DNA from: a virus | Strand: one strand, 5' to 3' | Virus record (IMG/VR): IMGVR_UViG_3300028558_000001 | Coordinates: 112,661 to 176,660 of that record | DNA length: 64,000 bases | Part shown: positions 18,215 to 25,203 of the stretch, one piece after another | Numbering within the stretch: the first letter of the stretch is position 1 | How the letters are laid out: every line of letters starts with the position of its first letter | Program-made: the position numbers and the translations under genes | The notes under the pieces: generated by a model | Told to the model about the DNA's origin: nothing | What the model saw: the letters and a program-made list of their open reading frames with translations, nothing else | Database searches by the model: none

Positions 18215-18290
18215 TGGCGGCGGCGAGGGGGATCGAACCCCTGACCAAGAATTTTAGAGATTCCTGCTCTACCATCTGAGCTACGCCGCC
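18215..18290 (-). tRNA. Amber suppressor tRNA (anticodon CTA)
   Basis: 76-nt cloverleaf; GGCGGCG/CGCCGCC acceptor; loop CT-CTA-AA; GGTTCGATCC; G73; encoded CCA. Confidence 0.9.
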
Positions 18291-18296
18291 TAAACT

Positions 18297-18608
18297 TTAA
18301 TTATTACAGATATAAACTCTGGACTTATGAGCATGACTAGTTTTAATAGCTGATGCCCTGAATTCATTTGTTGGAGTTAATGTACCAAAACGAATTAGTG
18401 AATTAATTGCAGCACCCCATGAATTATAATGCTTTGGTGGAGCATAGCCAGCACCTAGATATAAGATACGAATATCTTCTCCAGTAATAGATGCTCCAGA
18501 AGATACATTATTCTCAATATACTCTCTTAGAGTAACTACCCATGACTTATTGTTTTCATTGATAGTATTTAAAATCTGTTCCTTTAAAATCTGACCTTCA
18601 CTTTGCAT
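18297..18608 (-). CDS. Hypothetical protein
   Basis: TGEDIR...P.H.N.WGA...SH motif. Confidence 0.55.
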   Translation of the reverse strand: MQSEGQILKEQILNTINENNKSWVVTLREYIENNVSSGASITGEDIRILYLGAGYAPPKHYNSWGAAINSLIRFGTLTPTNEFRASAIKTSHAHKSRVYICNN

Positions 18609-18619
18609 TATATTACCTT

Positions 18620-19132
18620 TCACTTAAAGAATGAGTCTGAGATTGACTGTAGACGCTTTGAAGACCAAGCATATACTGTATCAAAGATAATTCGAATTGG
18701 ATCGTTTAGGAGGGTCCATGCGGCTGAGAAAGGCCATAGGGAGAACCATGTGAGAAGTTCTGACTTCCACTCAGACACCTTAAATGGGATACTCTTTGAG
18801 CTTCCATTATAGTAATAGCGATTTCCTACATCTTTACCATTCCAAAGAGCTTTATCATTTGATGCACGATGAGCAACGAAAGCCCACTTGACATACATGT
18901 AAACAAAACCAACTAGGAAATAAGCACCAGTAATCCAGATAGCCTTGAGTGGATCATTTACGATAAATGATAGTGGCTGGTAGCTTGAGAACAACTGGAA
19001 ACCAGTTAGTAAACCACCAATAATAAAACCAGCAAGAACACCATGATTGTTCTCAGCTAGGGCGGCGAACAGACCGAAGGCAAGTAAAGCTAAAGGCCAG
19101 AGTAGCCATGAAGCAAAAATAAAATCTAACAT
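18620..19132 (-). CDS. Multi-TM membrane protein
   Basis: Several hydrophobic helices; W...WPFS..WTL.NDP. Confidence 0.65.
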   Translation of the reverse strand: MLDFIFASWLLWPLALLAFGLFAALAENNHGVLAGFIIGGLLTGFQLFSSYQPLSFIVNDPLKAIWITGAYFLVGFVYMYVKWAFVAHRASNDKALWNGKDVGNRYYYNGSSKSIPFKVSEWKSELLTWFSLWPFSAAWTLLNDPIRIIFDTVYAWSSKRLQSISDSFFK

Positions 19133-19144
19133 AATTTAATCTCC

Positions 19145-19357
19145 TTATGAGTTTTGAGAATCAAGTTCTTTCCTAATCCATCGCATGAATAGCATTGCTT
19201 TATCTTCAATAAAGATAAAGAATGTCGCATCGCCAGTATCAGAAACAGGTACGCGGAAAACAAGGCCATTCTGGCACTGGTAATATAGTTCTTCCTTACG
19301 ATAATAAAGGAAGAATACGTTACCCTTTACACAGTCTTTAAGATCATACTTAGTCAT
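19145..19357 (-). CDS. Hypothetical protein
   Basis: YR...L.Y...F.VP..D.GDA.F...DKA...MRWIRK motif. Confidence 0.6.
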   Translation of the reverse strand: MTKYDLKDCVKGNVFFLYYRKEELYYQCQNGLVFRVPVSDTGDATFFIFIEDKAMLFMRWIRKELDSQNS

Positions 19358-19893
19358 TATTAACTCCTAAAATATTTGTTATCAACAACAGGAGTAAAAT
19401 AATTAAGTGCTGTTGGATGATTGTTGGCCGCTGCTTGGAGCGAAGCAATTTCTTTAAGTAAGACTGCTTCAATAGTTTGAAGATGAGAGATAATCCTTTG
19501 AAACCTATTATAGGTATCAATGTCAGTTACCGTAGTTGTGGCAATCTGCTCTCTTTCCGATCTAACCCAAGTAATAACTTCATTTAAGTCTTCTGTCATA
19601 ACAATCCTTTAACATCATAGAAGTAAAACCCAAGATGAATAGTAACACGCCGATACTATCCAAGTCAAGCATTTTTAATCCTCTTACATAAAGTTTTAGC
19701 ATACTCAGTTGTGAAATTTGGTTTAATAGCTAGTTTTGCAATCCACGGTTGGGGATTGTTACATTCTAGAGAATTAGAGAACTCTGGACTTTCATACATC
19801 ATTAAATTTGCTGATTCTGTACAATCATTTGGAGAAGTACCTAAAGAACAAATTAATACAATCACTTTAAACATTATCTAGTCCTTTCATAAG

Positions 19894-20025
19894 TTATCAT
19901 AGTAGGATTCCCGATTCTCCACCTACTCTAATATGTTTCTATACTTCACAGTATAGAAACTCTCAGGGAGAGCTAGTACCGCATATTGTGCTTTTTGTTG
20001 ATCGTCTACTTACACTATATGATAA
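19894..20025 (-). ncRNA. Candidate structured RNA 3' of tRNA-Trp
   Basis: Closing stem TTATCATA/TATGATAA; 11-bp hairpin with GTGA loop; GTAGG/CCTAC hairpin. Confidence 0.5.
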
Positions 20026-20026
20026 T

Positions 20027-20104
20027 TGGCAGGGGAATACGGATTCGAACCGTAGATCGGAGTTTTGGAGACTCCTGCTTTAGGCCAGACTAAGCTATAC
20101 CCCA
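20027..20104 (-). tRNA. tRNA-Trp(CCA)
   Basis: Loop CT-CCA-AA; T-arm; CCA; two acceptor mismatches. Confidence 0.8.
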
Positions 20105-20112
20105 TCAATAAC

Positions 20113-20604
20113 TTATTTAACTAACTGTGCGTACTTAAACTTACTTGTTACGTTTTCAATTTCCATTGGAATGAAGTAAACTTCATAACTATCAAATACA
20201 CGACAGAAATTAAATATATCAAGATAATACTGATCTTCGGGCCATCCTAAAACAGTATCACAAAGCCAATCATATAAAATTGAATATTCATCATAATCAT
20301 CTTCATTGACTTCATCAAAAGCACTAATAGATTCAGTTAGGTATTCATTCTTTACAAAAGGTGAAAGAACATCTTTATATTTATCATAAAGTTCTTTTAC
20401 AGTAGTATCTAATAAATGGGAATTAACTCCATTATTACCTAGGCCGGGATCATCCCAATTATTCTTTGATTTAAACTTTGATGCTAATTCAATAAGAAAA
20501 ATAACATCAGCTTCCTCTAATCCAGAAATAACTTGTGTTTTACATGCATCTAAATCATTTTCCCAAGTCTTGATATGTAACTGATAACCAGCAGGAATAT
20601 TCAT
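20113..20604 (-). CDS. Hypothetical protein
   Basis: IPAGYQL.I.TWEND.D motif. Confidence 0.6.
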   Translation of the reverse strand: MNIPAGYQLHIKTWENDLDACKTQVISGLEEADVIFLIELASKFKSKNNWDDPGLGNNGVNSHLLDTTVKELYDKYKDVLSPFVKNEYLTESISAFDEVNEDDYDEYSILYDWLCDTVLGWPEDQYYLDIFNFCRVFDSYEVYFIPMEIENVTSKFKYAQLVK

Positions 20605-20626
20605 GTCACTTCCTTTCATAATAAAA

Positions 20627-20703
20627 TGGTTGTTCTAACTGGATTTGAACCAATATCTAACGATTATCAATCGCTTGCTCTAACCAGATTGAGCTATAGA
20701 ACA
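20627..20703 (-). tRNA. tRNA-Ile(GAT)
   Basis: Cloverleaf, loop TT-GAT-AA, CCA. Confidence 0.88.
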
Positions 20704-20976
20704 TTAACCGTACATCTTTTTTAAACGTTCATACACTGGATCAAGTATATATTCTGGAAAATCTTTAAGAAATCGTTCCATACAGGAGGGGATGGAAGTA
20801 AAGTTTAAACATAATCCTACATCAGAAGTAACAGCAAAATTAAAGTTTTCTAAACTAATATTAACTGCACCATAATAATATAAACTAACTATTAGATTAC
20901 CTAGTTTATCTCTACTTTCAGCATCATTCTTAATTCCAGTATAAATTTTATATGTTTGAAAATCAAATAAACTCAT
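20704..20976 (-). CDS. Hypothetical protein
   Basis: ORF with AAGGA SD between tRNAs. Confidence 0.5.
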   Translation of the reverse strand: MSLFDFQTYKIYTGIKNDAESRDKLGNLIVSLYYYGAVNISLENFNFAVTSDVGLCLNFTSIPSCMERFLKDFPEYILDPVYERLKKMYG

Positions 20977-20991
20977 ATCATATCCTTAAAA

Positions 20992-21067
20992 TGGTAGAGA
21001 ATGACGGAATCGAACCGCCTCAATAGAAGGGTGTAAACCTACTGCCGTCCCATCTGGCTCATTCTCC
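20992..21067 (-). tRNA. tRNA-Val(TAC)
   Basis: Loop TT-TAC-AC, T-arm, A73, CCA. Confidence 0.8.
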
Positions 21068-21242
21068 TTATTCTTTACTGCCATACATGAAAAGTCCCAT
21101 CTGGATATTTTATCGCAAATGATGCTTGTCCTGCATGGTCTTCGACAAATTTAAGAGCTTCTTCTAAAGAATCAAATACACATTCTTTAGAACCGCCTTG
21201 ACCCTGTGATACCCATAACTCATACATAATTTATCCTTAATA

Positions 21243-21330
21243 TGGCGGAAGATATAGGATTCGAACCTATGGAACCAGAAGGTTCGCTTCTTTAGCAAAG
21301 AAGTGGTTTAAACCGCTCACCCAATCTCCC
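21243..21330 (-). tRNA. tRNA-Ser(GCT)
   Basis: Long variable arm, loop TT-GCT-AA, G73, CCA. Confidence 0.9.
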
Positions 21331-21335
21331 ATAAC

Positions 21336-21410
21336 TGGAACTAATGTCAGGATTTGAACCTAACCTAACTGATCCACAATCAGTTGTGCTGACCACTACA
21401 CTACACTAGC
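21336..21410 (-). tRNA. tRNA-His(GTG), no G-1
   Basis: Loop TT-GTG-GA; G1.U72; CCA. Confidence 0.85.
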
Positions 21411-21423
21411 AAATATTGGCCAA

Positions 21424-21512
21424 CCAAATTAACGTCTAGCTTACTTATTCAGTTCTCTTTCAAACCTACTACAAGAGCGGCTTGCGGCCTTTGTCTCGTT
21501 AATCTAGTAGAC
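21424..21512 (-). ncRNA. Candidate pseudoknotted RNA between tRNA-Ser(TGA) and tRNA-His
   Basis: AGATTAACG/CGTTAATTT, GGC-CGCAA-GCC, CTCTT/AAGAG and GTCTACT/AGTAGGT pairings. Confidence 0.5.
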
Positions 21513-21604
21513 TGGCGGATAGGGTAGGATTCGAACCCACGGAACCCTTTCAGGTTCGACGGTTTTCAAGACCGTTGCAATAATCCAGACTCTGCCACCT
21601 ATCC
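21513..21604 (-). tRNA. tRNA-Ser(TGA)
   Basis: Long variable arm, loop CT-TGA-AA, G73, CCA. Confidence 0.92.
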
Positions 21605-21775
21605 AATTCTTTTAACTCTTACTTAAAATACAACCTTAACAAAACTAATTACAATCACCATAAAGATAACACCAGAAAGAAATCCTGCCGGTGCCGCCCC
21701 AAGAGGACTAGATGGACCAAGAAAATGCTCAATACTAACAATAGTTTCCATCACATAATTCCTTTCATAACAAAA

Positions 21776-21851
21776 TGGTGCTGCGAAACGGATTCGAACC
21801 GATATTCTCCTGAGTGAAAGTCAGGTTTCCTAGCCATTAGAAGACCGCAGC
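21776..21851 (-). tRNA. tRNA-Glu(TTC)
   Basis: Loop CT-TTC-AC, CCA. Confidence 0.88.
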
Positions 21852-21857
21852 AATTCT

Positions 21858-22208
21858 TTAATTCAAAACTTCAATCTTTAGATTACCAACTCCATCAAAA
21901 CCAAGAGCCTTTCGGCCACCATAGGTTAGATCAAGTTCAACGCCTTTTCGAAACGGACCACGATCTAGAACCGTTACTTGGAGTGTACGGCCATTCCGCA
22001 CATTTGTCAACAGCAACTTGGTCCCAAACGGGAAGTGTTTATGGGCTGCAATATGTGGATCATAAGCATTAAATGCTTTACCCGAAGCAGTACGATGAGA
22101 GCAACCATCCCCGATACCGTACCACGTTGCCTTACCATAATAAACTCTATTGGCATATGCCGGTGAAGTTAAAAGAAGCGATAAAGCAATTATTAGAATG
22201 TTCTTCAT
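21858..22208 (-). CDS. RlpA-like lytic transglycosylase (double-psi beta barrel) with signal peptide
   Basis: G.ATWYG, TASG, AAHK..PFGT, V.DRGPF, DLT. Confidence 0.85.
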   Translation of the reverse strand: MKNILIIALSLLLTSPAYANRVYYGKATWYGIGDGCSHRTASGKAFNAYDPHIAAHKHFPFGTKLLLTNVRNGRTLQVTVLDRGPFRKGVELDLTYGGRKALGFDGVGNLKIEVLN

Positions 22209-22277
22209 TTGAAAAACTCCTTGTTAAAGGGAGTTGACTGTTCCTCTTACCATCGAGTCACAGACAATCCTGTTAAA

Positions 22278-22417
22278 TGGTCAAGTGTGATAGGGATCGA
22301 ACCTATATTTCCTCTAGTTAAACGTTGTCATATATTCCGGTTTCAAACAACGATGTTACTAACCATTGGAACTCCCGTTCTTTCGGCGGGGGTGTTTTCC
22401 ATTTCACCACACACTTA
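22278..22417 (-). ncRNA. 140-nt tRNA-like RNA with expanded anticodon region
   Basis: 8-bp acceptor TAAGTGTG/CACACTTG plus ACCA; D-arm; canonical T-arm; about 80 nt of hairpins in place of the anticodon arm. Confidence 0.7.
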
Positions 22418-22422
22418 TTTGT

Positions 22423-22493
22423 ATCGGCATCCTATCAATTAGACGACTCGGGGGATTGTCCCCCAAGACTGGATTTGAACCAGTATCTCCGAT
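22423..22493 (-). ncRNA. Circularly permuted tRNA mimic (YrlA Y-RNA-like topology)
   Basis: Order: ATCGG - T-arm - closed 9-bp acceptor hairpin - D-arm - CCGAT. Confidence 0.7.
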
Positions 22494-22523
22494 TCTTTTG
22501 ATACCAAGTTTCCTTGGTATAAA

Positions 22524-22599
22524 TGGTGGACCTGACAGGAATCGAACCCGCGACCTAGTGCTTGCAAAGCACCCGCTCTCCCTACTGAGCTACAAGCCC
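22524..22599 (-). tRNA. tRNA-Ala(TGC)
   Basis: G3.U70, loop TT-TGC-AA, CCA. Confidence 0.92.
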
Positions 22600-22817
22600 T
22601 TAATCTTCGTAACGTATATCTTTAGAAGTAAATGTTAGATTAAAACTCTTATCTCCATTACCAACAAAAGATAACATTCTGTAACCTTGTAAGTGCATTT
22701 CAGCAATCATCTTGTTTGCCTCAAATTCACTCTTTACTTTTTTACTAATTATACCCAACTTACGGAGATAATCATATATCATTTGTTCATGTTTCATAAT
22801 ATATCTCCGTAATAAAT

Positions 22818-22895
22818 TGGTCGGGAAAGCAGGATTCGAACCTGCGACCTCACCGTTCCAAACGGCACACGCTGACCTGACTGCGCTATTTCCCG
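22818..22895 (-). tRNA. tRNA-Pro(TGG)
   Basis: C1-G72, A73, loop TT-TGG-AA, CCA. Confidence 0.9.
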
Positions 22896-22901
22896 TATTC
22901 T

Positions 22902-23138
22902 TTAATAGTACTTATAACTCTCAGAAGGATTTTCTGATTTCAGAATTCTACCTTCCTCAATCTTTTTTCTTGCATCATTAATACAACTTTCTGTAAAAGA
23001 AAAAAGATAATCACATGGTCTAGTCATTTCCTCAGAAGTTTTTGGCAATGCTTCTAAAAATAACTTTAGATTAGCAATAGCAACTTCAATATCTTCCTCG
23101 GCAGAATTAGAACCGATATTCATTGCGAAATAACCCAT
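22902..23138 (-). CDS. Hypothetical protein
   Basis: Start reassigned to MGYFAM (GGAGG SD). Confidence 0.45.
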   Translation of the reverse strand: MGYFAMNIGSNSAEEDIEVAIANLKLFLEALPKTSEEMTRPCDYLFSFTESCINDARKKIEEGRILKSENPSESYKYY

Positions 23139-23221
23139 ATCATCCTCCAAATATAACATGAAGGTTTCCAATCTGTCTGAGCATACAGTCCACCTACAAA
23201 CCTCTATCCTCTTTAAACTGC

Positions 23222-23333
23222 GCCCCGTCCTCTTACCCTTAGACAACCCTATTAGAAGCATTTATAAACCTTGCTGCTTCTAACATCATCGGACCTTGAT
23301 AGATGTACTTACCAAGGCGTGGGGCTTATAAAC
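23222..23333 (-). ncRNA. Candidate structured RNA 3' of tRNA-Thr
   Basis: GCCCC/GGGGC closing stem; CCTTG/CAAGG and TTAGAAGCA/TGCTTCTAA hairpins. Confidence 0.5.
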
Positions 23334-23409
23334 TGGTGCTGGTTGTCGGAATTGAACTGACGACCTACTGCTTACAAGGCAGTTGCTCTACCTACTGAGC
23401 TAAACCAGC
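23334..23409 (-). tRNA. tRNA-Thr(TGT)
   Basis: Loop CT-TGT-AA, CCA. Confidence 0.92.
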
Positions 23410-23616
23410 TAAACCATTCATAAATTCATTTAACATACCAGAATGTTCAAATGGCATTCTAATAACCTTTCCATCTGGAAATATTCTAGAATGACTATTT
23501 TCTTTTTTAATATGAACACATGGACCATTTGACATATCAGGAAATGTACTCTCTACCTGATACCATCCATCATCAATATATTCAGCTAAAACTTTTAATT
23601 GAATAGCATTAAACAT
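23392..23616 (-). CDS. Hypothetical protein (stop lies inside tRNA-Thr)
   Basis: AGGT SD; 74 aa. Confidence 0.45.
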   Translation of the reverse strand: MFNAIQLKVLAEYIDDGWYQVESTFPDMSNGPCVHIKKENSHSRIFPDGKVIRMPFEHSGMLNEFMNGLAGLAQ

Positions 23617-23860
23617 AAAATTACCTATTAATCTATTTATGGTTCAAATTAGCACATATCTTACCATTGACAATTTAAATGCATCAATTCTTCTTAATTT
23701 ATCTTGATCATAATCATAAACTACAATATCGCCACAATCTGCATATAAATCTACATCAACTACAAGTAAAGTATTTTTCGATCCATCAGCGGGAACATAC
23801 TTCTGTTCCACCTTGATATTATATTTTTCATAATCATACATAACAAAATACTTTCAAAAT

Positions 23861-23934
23861 TGGTTCTCCCCCAAGGATTCGAACCTCGATTGTCTGAGTC
23901 AAAGTCAGAAGTCCTACCATTGAACGAAGGGAGA
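23861..23934 (-). tRNA. tRNA-Gln(TTG)
   Basis: Loop CT-TTG-AC, CCA. Confidence 0.9.
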
Positions 23935-23935
23935 A

Positions 23936-24018
23936 TGGTGCGAGTAGAGGGACTTGAACCCCCACGGTTGCCCGCCAGATTCTAAGTCTGGTGCGTCTGC
24001 CAATTTCGCCATACTCGC
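23936..24018 (-). tRNA. tRNA-Leu(TAG)
   Basis: Long variable arm, loop CT-TAG-AA, A73, CCA. Confidence 0.92.
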
Positions 24019-24027
24019 ATATTCTAT

Positions 24028-24285
24028 TTATTCTAAAATAACTAGGACTTCCTTTTCACGACATACAGTATATGTAATATCGGCTTCCTTAAAAGTGTAA
24101 TACGTTAGTGGAGATAGAAGAACCTTATCTGATACCTTAACAATCTCTACAGTATTACCTACTTCTACAACAGTACCAGTAATCTTATTTGTCTTAACAG
24201 TACCAGTGTAAATACCAGAAGCCGTAGTATCCTTAACTTCATCTACTACAACTAAGACAACATCATTTAAAGCTTTTAGTGACAA
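24028..24285 (-). CDS. groES: GroES-like co-chaperonin
   Basis: LK.L.D.V.V...TASGI...GTVV.VG...VKV.DKVL...E.EVL.I. Confidence 0.8.
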   Translation of the reverse strand: MSLKALNDVVLVVVDEVKDTTASGIYTGTVKTNKITGTVVEVGNTVEIVKVSDKVLLSPLTYYTFKEADITYTVCREKEVLVILE

Positions 24286-24726
24286 TTTATTTTCCTTTTT
24301 ATTAAAGTAATTTCCCGGCGATAAAAGCCAGAAACACGGCGACGGGAGTTAGAGCGACAAGAGTGAAAGCAGCCTTGTCCTTATTTAAAATGTCTCCACG
24401 TTGAAGGAATTCTTGGAATACTGCACCCTGCACCCCAATCCAGAATGTAATAAGTAATGATGCAATTAGAAAGATAACAGCTAAAAATACGATCAAAATT
24501 TAATAACTCCCTACAGAAAAGATATGAATAACAAAAGATGCAAAACCCATTACTGCACCCCACATAATTGTTATAAGACTAACTAACGTAATATCTTCAT
24601 CCTGATCAAATTTACTAAATGAAGTAACTACCATAGAACCAAAGAACATAAGCATACCAATTAAAATAATTATAAGAGAAATCTTTAATACAATATAGTC
24701 CACGACATTTCCTTTTCATAACAAAA

Positions 24727-24801
24727 TGGCACTCCATATCGGACTCGAACCGATGTTTTTTCCCTGAGAAGGAAGTGTACTTGCCGCTATACGAATGGAG
24801 T
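24727..24801 (-). tRNA. tRNA-Glu(CTC), copy 1
   Basis: Loop TT-CTC-AG, G73, CCA. Confidence 0.75.
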
Positions 24802-24806
24802 TAAAC

Positions 24807-24883
24807 TGGCACATCATGTTGGATTCGCACCAACGTCTGCTTCCTGAGAGGGAAACTGTACTTGACTGCTATACGAATGATGT
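24807..24883 (-). tRNA. tRNA-Glu(CTC)-like, copy 2, with 8-nt anticodon loop and TGCG T-loop
   Basis: Paralogous body; GTTTC-CCTCTCAG-GAAGC; CCA. Confidence 0.6.
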
Positions 24884-25118
24884 AATTCTTTAATTCTTGT
24901 TTCTAAGATCAGCTTTAGACCAATCAAATGGATAAGGCTCACTATATAACAGTGAAACAATCTGATATGTTTGTATTGAGGATAATGGTTTCAAATCTTT
25001 TAGAAACTTCTCATCCGCACCATTTTCCTTGGCCCAATTAACGGCTATAGATTTCATTCCTTTTTCTACAATATCTAAAAGCCTTAAATCTACCATAACA
25101 ATTCCTTTTAAACCAAAT

Positions 25119-25203
25119 TGGTGCGGGTAGAGGGACTTGAACCCACACTCCTTGCGGAACTCGATTTTGAGTCGAGCGCGTCTACCAATTCCACCATACC
25201 CGC
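25119..25203 (-). tRNA. tRNA-Leu(CAA)
   Basis: Long variable arm, loop CT-CAA-AA, CCA. Confidence 0.92.

Noticed and set aside
18141-19968. CTGAGAG in two candidate ncRNAs, complementary to the tRNA-Glu(CTC) loops and TPP-riboswitch-like
   Set aside because: Only 7 nt; in one element it lies within its own hairpin; other TPP elements are absent.
22310-22392. Group I intron or tmRNA inside the tRNA-like element
   Set aside because: Insert is about 80 nt, lacks P/Q/R/S motifs; no GGGGC/G3.U70 alanine acceptor or tag ORF.
22209-22638. + strand ORFs 22209-22442 and 22366-22638 (likewise 25923-26261)
   Set aside because: Antisense to tRNA or tRNA-like genes; shadow ORFs.
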